From: a virus
Lineage: Duplodnaviria > Caudoviricetes
Virus record (IMG/VR): IMGVR_UViG_3300032212_000099
Span: 1-34,787 of that record
Reading direction: 5' to 3' (one strand)
DNA: 34,787 bases
Both the position numbers and the translations under genes were made by a program. Positions within the stretch are counted from its first letter, which is position 1; each line of letters opens with the position of its first letter. The notes under the pieces were generated by a model. The model worked only from the letters and a program-made list of their open reading frames with translations. It was not told the origin of the DNA and ran no database searches. Shown here in pieces: positions 7,039-17,003 of this stretch.

Positions 7039-8836
7039 GTTCATCCGGCAGCGCCGGGAGGACACATCTGCAACGCTCACAAACGACCTGTTCCGCGACA
7101 AGTACGAAGATCGCGGTTCCGTTCTCGACGAGAGAGAGGGCGAGAACAGGGACCGGCGCACACGAGACAATGTGATTGCCAACGCGATCGAGGCCGTCCA
7201 CAACAAGACCGCGAAGGGGATGCCCGACCCGCTCGTGCAGACGAGCAACGGAGACTTCAAGCTGCAACGCCGCGCGGAGAAGCTCACCGCGTGGCTGCTA
7301 GGCGAAGCGGATCGACTCGGCCTGGAGGAGCACGGCGAGGAGGTCGAGCTGGAGTCGCTCATGGTGGGAATGGGCGGGCTGAAGTTCTACGCCGAGGGCG
7401 ACTCGCCCGCGTGCGAGATTGTCTATGCGGACGACATCTTCGTCGACCCGCGAGAGGAGAGGCAGAAGGCGGTGCGCACGCTCTATCACGTGCGCCCGAT
7501 GGACAAACTCGTACTCGAGCAACTCTACCCGAAGCACGCGAGCAAGATCCGTGACTCCGAGGTCCTTGGCGACGACGACGAGACCTACGGCCAGGATGAC
7601 GGCGACATCGTCTCCGGCAGCCACGGACAGGCAACAGAGATGACGCTCGTCGTGGAGGCCTGGCGGCTCCCCCACCGGGGCTCCTCCGGCAGGTGGGTCC
7701 AGTGCATCGACACCGCGACGCTGGTCGATGAGCCGTGGGTGTGCGACACGTTCCCGTTTGAGTTCCTGCGGTACGCGACGCGGCCCCGTCGCTTCGACGG
7801 GATCGGCATTGCGGAGAAACTGCTCGGCCAGCAGAGCGAGCTCAACATGGTGGGCGGCATCATCTCCGACTCGATCCCTCGGATGGTGACAGCATGGTTC
7901 GCCCGCGCTGATACGCAGTTCGCGACGATGAGTTGCGATGTCCCTGGCATGGTCTACACGAGCGAGACCGGTGAGGCGCCGACCGTGCTCGCACCGGCGC
8001 CCGTGTCCCCGATGGTCATGCAGTACCGGGACGCCGAGATCGCCCGCTCCTACGAGCACACGGGTGTCTCCCAGCTCACCGCCCAGGGGCAGAAGCCGGC
8101 GGGGCTCGACTCGGGCAAGGCCCTGCGCGTGCACAACGAGATCGAGGCGGGGCGATTCTACCTGTACGGGCGCCGTCGTGAGCGCTTCTACACCGGGTGC
8201 TATCAGCAGATCATCCGCGTTGCCGATGAGATCCTGAAGAAGAACCCCAAAGCAGATCTCAACGCACTGGGTGGAACTGACGACTTCGAGCAGGTAGCGT
8301 TCGGGGATGTGGCGTTCGGGGCCGACCCATACCGGATCAAGGTGTTCCCGGTCTCCCGACTGTCGAACCAGCCGTCGGCCAGGATGGAGGAGGTGCACGG
8401 GATCATGCAAATCGATCCGAACATGGACCCTGCAACCGCGCTCGAGCTGCTCGACTTGCCCGACCTCAAGCGACACTCGGCCCTCCGCGACGCCAAGCGC
8501 AAGCTGGTGAAGCGGCTGATCAGCAAGGCACTCGACGGCGAGCCGGTGGCCGACCGCGTCAACGAATACACGGACATGCCCTACCTGATCGAGATCGGCG
8601 GGCACGAGCACGAGCTGGCCCTGCTCAACGGAGCGGACATCGACGAGCTAGACGAGCTCCGGACCCTCATCGACACCGCGAAAAGCCACCTACAGAACGC
8701 CGCTGAGCCGCCCGAGCTCCCCTCTCCCATACCCGGCGCTGCTCCGCCGCCCATGGCTGCCGTACCCGGCCCCGGCCCCGTACCCGGCCCCGGCCCCGTA
8801 CCCGGCCCCGTACCCCTACCCACAGAGAGTGCATAG
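6977..8836 (+). CDS. Portal protein
   Basis: About 619 aa between TerL and scaffold; GGGAG SD before ATG 6977; GIGIAEKL..QQ.ELN and TGVSQ..A.G....SGKAL portal-like motifs; Pro-rich tail. Confidence 0.88.
   Translation: MASQEQWYRNRKTKPHKQIFEFIRQRREDTSATLTNDLFRDKYEDRGSVLDEREGENRDRRTRDNVIANAIEAVHNKTAKGMPDPLVQTSNGDFKLQRRAEKLTAWLLGEADRLGLEEHGEEVELESLMVGMGGLKFYAEGDSPACEIVYADDIFVDPREERQKAVRTLYHVRPMDKLVLEQLYPKHASKIRDSEVLGDDDETYGQDDGDIVSGSHGQATEMTLVVEAWRLPHRGSSGRWVQCIDTATLVDEPWVCDTFPFEFLRYATRPRRFDGIGIAEKLLGQQSELNMVGGIISDSIPRMVTAWFARADTQFATMSCDVPGMVYTSETGEAPTVLAPAPVSPMVMQYRDAEIARSYEHTGVSQLTAQGQKPAGLDSGKALRVHNEIEAGRFYLYGRRRERFYTGCYQQIIRVADEILKKNPKADLNALGGTDDFEQVAFGDVAFGADPYRIKVFPVSRLSNQPSARMEEVHGIMQIDPNMDPATALELLDLPDLKRHSALRDAKRKLVKRLISKALDGEPVADRVNEYTDMPYLIEIGGHEHELALLNGADIDELDELRTLIDTAKSHLQNAAEPPELPSPIPGAAPPPMAAVPGPGPVPGPGPVPGPVPLPTESA
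8761..8815 (+). repeat. Tandem repeat encoding (VPGPGP)n in the portal C-terminus
   Basis: CGTACCCGGCCCCGGCCC units. Confidence 0.85.
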
Positions 8837-8839
8837 AAA

Positions 8840-9883
8840 ATGGACCCGAGCGAAGGAATCCCATCCCCTGAGAGTCTCATGGCGGACGCGTTGGCGTGGG
8901 CTGAGTCACCCGATGAAGAGCCCACGCCCGAGCCCACGCCCGCCGCTGACAAGGCTCCGCCCGAGCCCGACCTCGAGGCCAAGGGCGACGACAAGCCTGC
9001 GCCTGGAGAGCCCGAGATCAAGGGCAACACCAAGGAGCAGGAGGTCGAATCCGAGGAGGAGCTGTCCCCGTTCGCCGCGCTGGAGGCCAAGGCGCGCGAG
9101 CAGGCTGAGAAGTACCCGCCCAAGCCGGCGGAGCCCGAGCCCGCCGCCGCGCCATGGGACAAGCTCACCGAGGCTCTGGTATCCAACCAGGCGGGCTCCA
9201 AGCAGGTCGAGACGGCGCAGGCCTCTCTCGCGGCGCTGGAAAAGGGCGATCTCCGGACCTTGGCAAAGCTCCAGGGATGGGACGACGCGAAAGCCGCGTC
9301 CGTGTTCGGCGAACTCGTAGCCAACTCGGCCGATCCGACTCGCGCACAGTCACGCACAGACTCCGAGTCGAGTGTTGAAGCGCTTCGCAAGGAGTTCTCC
9401 GACAAGTTCGAGAACTGGACGAAGGGCCAACAGGAGGCCGCGCAGAAGGCTCAACAGCAGGAGTTTGCGAAGAACCTGAACGCCGAGGTCAGTGGGCTCA
9501 CCGCGGACAAGGAGGTCCGTCCGTTGCTAAGCCGGTTTGACGAAGGTAGCCGCATGCAGTACGCATACAATGCAGAGCAAAGGCTGCTCCAAGCGACGGG
9601 GCAACAGCCTACCGGCAGAGAGATCGCCGACCTCGCAGAACGACAGCTCGAATACGAGCGAAAGATTCTGCTCGCAGACATCGGCCCCAGCCCGGGCGAC
9701 AAATCGGCGGACACCGCCAACCCCGACGGCAAGGCCTCCTCCGAGGCCAGAACTCTCACAAACGTTGACGTCAGCCAGCATGCGCACGCCGACGAGATCG
9801 ACACCATGAGCGAGGAAGCTCGGATCGCTTCGGCGGTCGAACTGGTGAGCCGGGATATGGCCCGTGAGGCCAATCTCAAGTAG
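8840..9883 (+). CDS. Capsid scaffolding protein
   Basis: Acidic Pro/Glu-rich N-terminus and coiled coil; lies between portal and MCP. Confidence 0.75.
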   Translation: MDPSEGIPSPESLMADALAWAESPDEEPTPEPTPAADKAPPEPDLEAKGDDKPAPGEPEIKGNTKEQEVESEEELSPFAALEAKAREQAEKYPPKPAEPEPAAAPWDKLTEALVSNQAGSKQVETAQASLAALEKGDLRTLAKLQGWDDAKAASVFGELVANSADPTRAQSRTDSESSVEALRKEFSDKFENWTKGQQEAAQKAQQQEFAKNLNAEVSGLTADKEVRPLLSRFDEGSRMQYAYNAEQRLLQATGQQPTGREIADLAERQLEYERKILLADIGPSPGDKSADTANPDGKASSEARTLTNVDVSQHAHADEIDTMSEEARIASAVELVSRDMAREANLK

Positions 9884-9950
9884 AGCGAGAGAGGACCGCT
9901 AGAGACACGTCAGAGCGAGCCAGCTGCGCCGGACAGACCGGAGCGCGGAC

Positions 9951-11198
9951 ATGGCCGCAGCCACCACCACCACTATTGCAGGAATCCTCAAGCGACTCTA
10001 TCCGCAGAGCACCGTCCCCAGCCTGATGTTCGATGGGCACCCGTTCTTCGGGATGCTGCCCAAAAGCGAGAACTTCGGCGGCGAGGACATGCGGATCGCA
10101 ATGACTCGCGCTGGCACTGCCGGCGGGTCAGCGACGTTCTCGACGGCGCAGAGCAACAAAGAAGGTGCGAAGCACACCGGCTTCAACGTCACCGACCGGA
10201 TCGACTACAGCCTGTGGAGCATCAGCACCCAAGCCAAGCTCGCCTCGGAGATCAACCCCGGCGCCCTCGTTGCCGCGGTCAAAGCAGAGGCTGACGCCGC
10301 GTTCAACACGGCCCACCGGTCACTGTCGATCTCGATGTTCCGGAACGGCGGCGGCGCGCGCGGCCAGGTGGGTAGCACGTCCACGACCACGCTCACACTG
10401 TTGGATCCCGAGGACATCTACATGTTCGAGGAGGGCATGTACGTGGAGACGAGCACGACCGACGGAACGTCCGGGTCGGTGGATGCCGGTTCGAGCACGC
10501 AGATTACTGGGGTCGACTACGACGCCGGCACGCTCACGGCCGCGGCCAACTGGACGGCGGGCGGCGACTTCTCGGACAACGACTTCCTGTTCCGAGCAGG
10601 AGACTTCGGGGCTACGTTGCTCGGCCTTGACTCGTGGTTGCCCGGGACCGCTCCCACGGGTGGCGACTCGTTCTACAACGTTGACCGATCGGTCAACCCA
10701 ACGAAGCTCGCCGGGGTTCGGTACGTGGCGGCAACCGGGACGGACGACACCTACTCGGACGCACTGGTCAATGCTGGGGTCAAGCTGTCGAGACACCAGA
10801 GCAAAGCGGACTGCGCTTTCGTCAATCCGGCCCAGTACCTCAAGATCTTGGAGGAGCAGGGCAACAAGGTCCGGCACACCAAGACCACGGCGCGCGGCGC
10901 CAAGGGGGCATTGGCGAACATCTCGTTCGACGGGCTCGAGCTGAGCACGCTCTGCGGGACGGTCAAGGTCATCCCGGACATCGACTGTCCGAACCACGTG
11001 GCCTACATGCTCCAAATGGACACGTGGAAGCTCTACACCCGCGGTGGGTGTCCTCGCTGGCTTGCCGACGACGGCAACAAGATGCTGCGAGAGAGTAGCG
11101 CGGATGCCATCGAGGGGCGGCTGGGCACGTACGGAGCCCTCACCTGCACCAAGCCCGGCCGAAACGCCCGGATCGACCTCTCGGCCCTGGCGGCCTAG
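9951..11198 (+). CDS. Major capsid protein
   Basis: 415 aa; ILKRLYP...HPFFGMLPK N-terminus, beta-rich insertion, GALTCTKPGRNARI C-terminus; position in operon. Confidence 0.88.
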   Translation: MAAATTTTIAGILKRLYPQSTVPSLMFDGHPFFGMLPKSENFGGEDMRIAMTRAGTAGGSATFSTAQSNKEGAKHTGFNVTDRIDYSLWSISTQAKLASEINPGALVAAVKAEADAAFNTAHRSLSISMFRNGGGARGQVGSTSTTTLTLLDPEDIYMFEEGMYVETSTTDGTSGSVDAGSSTQITGVDYDAGTLTAAANWTAGGDFSDNDFLFRAGDFGATLLGLDSWLPGTAPTGGDSFYNVDRSVNPTKLAGVRYVAATGTDDTYSDALVNAGVKLSRHQSKADCAFVNPAQYLKILEEQGNKVRHTKTTARGAKGALANISFDGLELSTLCGTVKVIPDIDCPNHVAYMLQMDTWKLYTRGGCPRWLADDGNKMLRESSADAIEGRLGTYGALTCTKPGRNARIDLSALAA

Positions 11199-11213
11199 GC
11201 CTAAGCAGGACGG

Positions 11214-11915
11214 ATGCCCCGCACACGCACAAGAGACCAGCTCGTGCAACGAGCGCGCGAGCTGGCGGACATGGAGACCAACGGCTTCATCTCGGACACC
11301 GAGGCGGAGGAGATGGTTGCGCAGTCCGTGGCGGAGCTGTGGGGCATCCTTGTCACGACCGACCCCGACCGCTATTCGGTCACGTCGGACATTTCAGCCA
11401 CCGCCGGGACCTACGAGTACGCGGTGCCGGCCGACTTCATGCAGTGCTTGATGGTCGAGCGCCTGATCGGGAGCGGCCCGGACGGGATTACGCTTGAGCC
11501 GTACAGCCTGCAGGAACAGAACCAGATTGGTCTCGCCGACCTGGGCGGCTCGTTCGTCACGAGCGTTCGCTACCTCGTGACGGGCCAGGGGGCAGATGGG
11601 AGCGGGACCGTAGTCCGCTTCCGGCCCGACCCGGGCTCTGCGACGTATCGCCTGCACTACGTCCAGGCGCCGCAAGACCTCGCCGCCGGAGCATCAGAGT
11701 TCGATGGCGTTGCCGGGTGGGAGGAGTTCGTCACCCACGACGCGGCGATCCAGATGAAGCAAAAAGAGGAGTCCGACACGTCCGTGCTCGAGCGACGTCT
11801 GGCGCGAATCGAGACACGGATCAAACGCCTGTCGGGGCTCCGCAAGAGTGGCCAGCCGCGTTTGCCGGCCAGAATCCGCAACAGAGTTCACCACAGGAGA
11901 GCAACCAGTGCCTGA
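11214..11915 (+). CDS. Head-tail adaptor (tail tubular A-like)
   Basis: LVQRARELADM...ISDTE...GTYEYAVPADF...WEEFV..DAAI pattern. Confidence 0.75.
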   Translation: MPRTRTRDQLVQRARELADMETNGFISDTEAEEMVAQSVAELWGILVTTDPDRYSVTSDISATAGTYEYAVPADFMQCLMVERLIGSGPDGITLEPYSLQEQNQIGLADLGGSFVTSVRYLVTGQGADGSGTVVRFRPDPGSATYRLHYVQAPQDLAAGASEFDGVAGWEEFVTHDAAIQMKQKEESDTSVLERRLARIETRIKRLSGLRKSGQPRLPARIRNRVHHRRATSA

Positions 11916-12441
11916 CTTTCACACCAACATCGCCGAGGGCAAACATGCCCTCGTGCTCAATGGGATGCACAGCAGCCGCCCTGGGCAAAGTCTGCCCGGG
12001 GTTCCGTTCATTCACCGCTGGCCCATCGAGGTAGTCGACGGTGCGATCGGAGCTGTAGCTCTGACCGCAGCTCTGACACAGCAGATCGACCTTGCGACCG
12101 CGTTCCCGAATCGCCTCATCCCCGATGACATCGCGATCGGTCCGGCGTGGGTAGAGCTGGACACCAACTTTGCAGGCACGAGCATCACCGCGGCCACGTT
12201 CGAAGGTGGGGAATCCGACGCCCCGGACCCCGATGCCTACTTCACCTCGACGTCCGTGTTTTCAGGCGCGGGCACCCGCCTGTCTGCCCCGGGCGCCAAC
12301 GCTGCGCTTCGGGCTCGTATCGCCGAGGTGTTCACGATCGACTTGACTGTCGTCGGGGCCAACCTCGACCAACTCACCGCCGGCAAACTCTTCTACAACA
12401 TGCTCTACATCCCGCTGCCTCGCGGGTTCGTGAGCCCGTAA
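11908..12441 (+). CDS. Virion structural protein (decoration-like beta-sandwich)
   Basis: AGGAG SD and GTG 11908; C-terminal LTAGK...Y pattern. Confidence 0.6.
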   Translation: MPDFHTNIAEGKHALVLNGMHSSRPGQSLPGVPFIHRWPIEVVDGAIGAVALTAALTQQIDLATAFPNRLIPDDIAIGPAWVELDTNFAGTSITAATFEGGESDAPDPDAYFTSTSVFSGAGTRLSAPGANAALRARIAEVFTIDLTVVGANLDQLTAGKLFYNMLYIPLPRGFVSP

Positions 12442-12447
12442 GAGTCG

Positions 12448-12924
12448 GTGGCCCGGTCGCAGAACATCACAGCTCGGAGGTCAAACAGCGAGGGGCGCCA
12501 GTTTGCCGACGAGATGAATCGAGAGCTTGGGCGCCTTGGCGCTTCGAGTTCTCGGTTGCTGTGGGTGCCTGCATTCTGGGATCACGCAGCGGCTTCCGCT
12601 CGGTTCGTTCCGTTCGTGAATGACGTCACCGAGCAGGCCACGCTCGCAGACGCCACCGGCTGGACAGAGTTTGTGGTGGGCCCCGGTGAATGGCGGATCG
12701 CTGGGGTGACGATCGTCACCGAGTCTGCCGCCGGAGAAACGACTCTCACCCCCTACGTCAATCGCGAGGCGAGGAAGCCGGCCACGGCCAACCTCGGGGC
12801 GGGCGTGGGCGCTGAGGTCTCCTTCGGCCTCCGTGTCTCTGGCGGCGACCGCGTTGCGCTGCTGGTGTCCCCCACGGCCGCGACCAACTCCGCGTGGCTG
12901 ACTCTCGCACTGGAGTCGGTGTGA
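12448..12924 (+). CDS. Virion structural protein
   Basis: Beta-rich ORF within the tail module. Confidence 0.6.
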   Translation: MARSQNITARRSNSEGRQFADEMNRELGRLGASSSRLLWVPAFWDHAAASARFVPFVNDVTEQATLADATGWTEFVVGPGEWRIAGVTIVTESAAGETTLTPYVNREARKPATANLGAGVGAEVSFGLRVSGGDRVALLVSPTAATNSAWLTLALESV

Positions 12925-13328
12925 TGCCGCCGCTCCAGTTCGAAAATGCCGAGGTGGTCTTTCAGGGCCTCGATCAGAAGACGCATAGCAAGCTGACCGC
13001 GCCGGGGAAGCTCGAGACAGCGCGCAACGTCCTGTTCGACAAGGCCGGATCGCTCAACAAGCGACGGGGCTACGAGCGGCCGGCGATTGAGGACACAACG
13101 TCGGCGGGTACCATGCCGGTCGTCTTCACGCGGCTTGCCGTGTTTGAGGATGAGCTTCTGGTGTTCGGCATTCGCGATCTGTGGTCGCTGGCTGATCGGA
13201 GCAACGTCCTGCAGGATGACAACCGGGCATTCGTGCACCGAGGCCCGTGCATCCGCGGCGCAGTCGCAGTGCAGCACGTGGCGACGTCTCCGGACACGGC
13301 CGCGGCAGGCGAGGCGGTGCTCACGTGA
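12924..13328 (+). CDS. Tail nozzle (tubular B/stabilisation protein) N-terminal piece
   Basis: GLDQKT...PGKLETARNVLFDKAGSLNKRRGY is a typical nozzle N-terminus. Confidence 0.7.
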   Translation: MPPLQFENAEVVFQGLDQKTHSKLTAPGKLETARNVLFDKAGSLNKRRGYERPAIEDTTSAGTMPVVFTRLAVFEDELLVFGIRDLWSLADRSNVLQDDNRAFVHRGPCIRGAVAVQHVATSPDTAAAGEAVLT

Positions 13329-16300
13329 CGTACATAGCGGTGTACTCGGGTTTCGAGCAGCCAGACGTCGCATTCTTGGAGCATGAGGGCGTTTCGTATC
13401 GCTGCTACACGTACCAGGTCTGCAATACCGATGGCGACGGGATCCGCATCGAGGCCATGTGCTTCGTCGAGCAGCCGCACGGCCAGGACGTGCTCCTGTT
13501 CCACAACACAGTGAGGACCCCCGCTGGAGGCGAATACACCGATTGCCCGCGCATCGTTCCGAGGGGCACGTCGTTTGTCGTCCATTGGATCGAGCACGAC
13601 GGCGTCCGCGACGGATCCGGGAGAGACCTCCACCGTGCGGACATCGACCTGTTAGCGAGCCCATACTCCTGGACGCACCGCGGATCGGTGACCCTGCACG
13701 ACACGCAGCTATACGACGTCTACTCGCCGGATAGCGGATCTGACTACCTCCTCGCTCGCATGACCAGCGCCACGGCGTTCTCGATCACCCGTGTGAACGG
13801 GAACGACTGGATTGATACCGCCTGGGTCGTGTCGCTCACCCCCGCTGCGGCGCCGGACCACCATTGCCTCGGGTGCTGGGCTGACACGAACGGTTCGGTT
13901 GATGCCGCGATCGTCTTCTATCAACGGAGCGCGACCACGGCCCTCTATGGCTACCGCGTGAACTGGTCGGACGGGCTGGGGGCCGCGGGACCATCCGCGC
14001 TCACAACCGGGCTAGGAGACTGGTGCTGTGCGGCCGCGGCCAAAACCCGGACACTGACCGACGCCACGTGCATCGTGGTCGGGGAGTGGGTCGCCCAGGG
14101 CCTGCCGCTGGGGACCGAGGCCACGTACATGCACAACGTGCTGCATGTGGAGATCAACACATCCACGCTCGCGGTTCTCGGTGACGAGTGTACGACGCCC
14201 AATCTAACCATGATGTCCAAGCCGTGGAGCTACGCATCCGGGGACAGCACAGTCACACCGGACCTCGATGTGTTCTGCGGCGTGGGGTTCAAGGCGGTGG
14301 AGAGCGAGAACGACTGGGCGCAGTCAAATGTCTACGTGGTGCGGTTCGACCAGTCGAAGTTCGGCGTCGGGCCCGACATCGCACGACCAGTTCTCGCTGG
14401 CGTGTGGAACCAGGCGATCTTTGACACACAGATACTCGCCAAATCTCTGGCAAGTACGGATTCCGCTGTGCTTGGTTCGGGTCCGCGTCGACGGATCAAT
14501 CACGTATCCCACGCGAGCGGAGCCCCGAGCTCTGGCCCGCTGCTGAAGTCTCGAACGTTCGCGGTCAACATGTTCGGGCGCATCGAGGGGTTTGAGGACG
14601 GGGACACACAGCTGCAGCCGATGGGATCCACGATCAAGGGGCTTCGGTACACCATGGAGGACGCATGGTTGCATCATCGCGATGCAACCGACCCCGCGCA
14701 GCCGTCCGCGAACGTGAAGACCGCCTATCCACAATCAGCCGGGGAGCACGTGGCGGCCGGCGCAGGGGTCGTGATCGGCGGCGGCGTGTCGTCTGTGTAC
14801 GACGGAAGGAAGGTTGTCGAGCTCGGCTTCGCATGGACGCCGGAGATCTTCAACTTCTCATCCCCTGCCGGCAGCATCCCGAGCGGGATCTACACATACG
14901 TGGTCGTTGCCGAGTGGCGGGATGCAAAGGGGCAGGTGCACCGAAGCGAGCCGTCGATCCCAGTGACCGTAAGCCACACCGGCCCCGCACGAATCGGGTT
15001 TGACATCCGCTGCATAAACCTCTCGCTCAAGGACCACGAGGCGTACGACACGAAGCGCAGCCAGATCGTGCTGAACGTGTTCAGGACCACTGATGACGGG
15101 GTCCTCTTCTACAACGTGTTCCGGTCCGACACGACCACGGGTCACGGGGCGGAGGATGCTCCGGTAAACGATCCGGCTGCTTCGGTGGTGTCGGTCACAG
15201 ACAACGTCACAGACGCCGTCCTGAACCTTGGCCACCTTCTCCCGTACACCTACTCAAGTGGTGCATGGTCACCGCTTCCGCCTGGGCCGGTTCCTGCCTT
15301 CACGGTTCTTGCGAGCTGGCAGAACCGGATCTGGGGCCCCTCGTCTGAGGACCCCGGCGTGCTTTGGTACTCGCTCGAGATCTTGCCAGAGCAAGGCGGC
15401 GAGCAGTACTCAGTGCCGGAGTTCAACATCGCGAACACGTTTCGAGTGGACGGCATCGGCACGATCACTGCGATGCAGGAGGTGGACAACGCGCTCGTCA
15501 TCTTCACACGAGACGGGATCTTCGCACTGACCGGGGTCCCGAACGACGGGAACGGAGAGGGCGCTCGGCTCTCCATGCAGACCTTGCACAGGGGGATCGG
15601 GTGCATGGGCCCGCGCAGCGTTGCGGTCGCGCGCCCGGGGGTCTTCTTTCAATCCGAGAAGGGGTACTACCTCCTGACGCACGCCTACGAGCTGCAGTAC
15701 GTGGGCGCTCCGGTTGAGGATGACATCCGCGCCGCTGGCAACATCCGCGCCGCCACGCTCATGGAGGAGCACCACCAGATCCGGCTCGCGATCAACGAAT
15801 CCGTTGCCGGGGGTCCGGCCGTCCTCGTGTACGACTACCTGATGGAGTTGTGGGCGAAGTCGGACCTTCCTCTGCTGTCGTCAAGCAACTGGCTATCTGC
15901 GACTCAAGACGCGGCGAGCTGGAGAGGGCACGATGGGGAGCACGCACATGTAGTGCTTGCGCAGGGCGGGCTGGGGATCGAGAAGCCCGAGGCGGCGGCC
16001 GACGCCTACGTCGACGAGTCCGCGCTCGATTCCACCGTGGCAATCCCGGTCGATGTGCGGACGGATTGGATCAAGCTGGGCGGCATCGCCGGATTCAAGC
16101 GGATCAAGCGGATCGGGATCCAGCTCACCAAGCCCACGGACTCCGAGGTTCGAGTACAGGTCGAATACGACACCGACGGCACATTCACCGACGGGGCAAA
16201 CCTGCAGGACGTGACGATCGCGTCCCCGGCAAGCGACTACATCCAAATCAACTGCGACGTTCAGAAGTGCTCGGCGATCCGGGTGCGGATCTTCGAAAAC

Positions 16301-16405
16301 ACGGGCGTGGCCCAAACGGACACGATCCGAATCCATGCTATGACCCTCGTTGTAGGGCGCAAACCGGGGCTGCGGCGAGTCCCCGTTGGACAGGTGGCAA
16401 CTTGA
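13325..16405 (+). CDS. Tail nozzle (tubular B-like beta-propeller) main body
   Basis: About 1026 aa; WQNRIW...LWYS, GIGCMGPRSV, GVFFQSEKGYY, TDWIKLGGIAGFKRIKR. Confidence 0.82.
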   Translation: MTYIAVYSGFEQPDVAFLEHEGVSYRCYTYQVCNTDGDGIRIEAMCFVEQPHGQDVLLFHNTVRTPAGGEYTDCPRIVPRGTSFVVHWIEHDGVRDGSGRDLHRADIDLLASPYSWTHRGSVTLHDTQLYDVYSPDSGSDYLLARMTSATAFSITRVNGNDWIDTAWVVSLTPAAAPDHHCLGCWADTNGSVDAAIVFYQRSATTALYGYRVNWSDGLGAAGPSALTTGLGDWCCAAAAKTRTLTDATCIVVGEWVAQGLPLGTEATYMHNVLHVEINTSTLAVLGDECTTPNLTMMSKPWSYASGDSTVTPDLDVFCGVGFKAVESENDWAQSNVYVVRFDQSKFGVGPDIARPVLAGVWNQAIFDTQILAKSLASTDSAVLGSGPRRRINHVSHASGAPSSGPLLKSRTFAVNMFGRIEGFEDGDTQLQPMGSTIKGLRYTMEDAWLHHRDATDPAQPSANVKTAYPQSAGEHVAAGAGVVIGGGVSSVYDGRKVVELGFAWTPEIFNFSSPAGSIPSGIYTYVVVAEWRDAKGQVHRSEPSIPVTVSHTGPARIGFDIRCINLSLKDHEAYDTKRSQIVLNVFRTTDDGVLFYNVFRSDTTTGHGAEDAPVNDPAASVVSVTDNVTDAVLNLGHLLPYTYSSGAWSPLPPGPVPAFTVLASWQNRIWGPSSEDPGVLWYSLEILPEQGGEQYSVPEFNIANTFRVDGIGTITAMQEVDNALVIFTRDGIFALTGVPNDGNGEGARLSMQTLHRGIGCMGPRSVAVARPGVFFQSEKGYYLLTHAYELQYVGAPVEDDIRAAGNIRAATLMEEHHQIRLAINESVAGGPAVLVYDYLMELWAKSDLPLLSSSNWLSATQDAASWRGHDGEHAHVVLAQGGLGIEKPEAAADAYVDESALDSTVAIPVDVRTDWIKLGGIAGFKRIKRIGIQLTKPTDSEVRVQVEYDTDGTFTDGANLQDVTIASPASDYIQINCDVQKCSAIRVRIFENTGVAQTDTIRIHAMTLVVGRKPGLRRVPVGQVAT

Positions 16406-16406
16406 G

Positions 16407-17000
16407 ATGGCGACTCCCCAGTACGGCGCATACAACAACGACCCGGAGAAGAACCGCCTTCTCGGAATGGCGGGCAATGCCGGCGAGGGTTTCGCTGGGG
16501 CTCAAACTGCCCAACGCGGAGCCCTTGGCATGTACCGGGACATGGCCGAGGGCAACGGGCCGAGCGTTGCTCAAGAGCAACTCAGGTCCCAGGGGGAGGC
16601 GAACGCGGCCCAGCAAATGCAGCTCATGGGTTCCGCCCGCGGCGGCAACCTCCAGTCCGCGATGCGCCAGGGCGCAGTTGCGGGCACAGCAGCACAAGCC
16701 GCGACGAACCAGCAGATGGGACAGCTGAGAGCACAGGAGCAACAGGCCGCCATGGCTGGCTATGCCGGGCTCGGCAGCACGATGGCCGGCCAGTCGTTGC
16801 AGCAGCAGGGCCTGTTCGAGGGGCAGCTTGGACAGGCCCACACGGCCCAGATGGACGCCGAGATGCGCCAGCGCATGTTGGACGAGCAGCGCCGCCAGTT
16901 CAACAAGCAACAGGCGCTCAGGTGGACGCAGTTCGGGACCGGGGCAGCTGGCCAGGTGATCGGAGGGATCCTCGGGACCGGCGGGGCGGCGGGGGGCTGA
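16407..17000 (+). CDS. Small ejection/pilot protein
   Basis: Gln/Ala/Gly-rich with a Gly-rich hydrophobic C-terminus; follows the nozzle. Confidence 0.65.
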   Translation: MATPQYGAYNNDPEKNRLLGMAGNAGEGFAGAQTAQRGALGMYRDMAEGNGPSVAQEQLRSQGEANAAQQMQLMGSARGGNLQSAMRQGAVAGTAAQAATNQQMGQLRAQEQQAAMAGYAGLGSTMAGQSLQQQGLFEGQLGQAHTAQMDAEMRQRMLDEQRRQFNKQQALRWTQFGTGAAGQVIGGILGTGGAAGG

Positions 17001-17003
17001 GTC

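Noticed and set aside
8761-8941. Pro-rich tandem repeats as a regulatory array
   Set aside because: They are ordinary in-frame low-complexity tails of the portal and scaffold.
11193-11202. GGCCTAGGCC palindrome after the MCP as a terminator
   Set aside because: It has no loop or U-tract.
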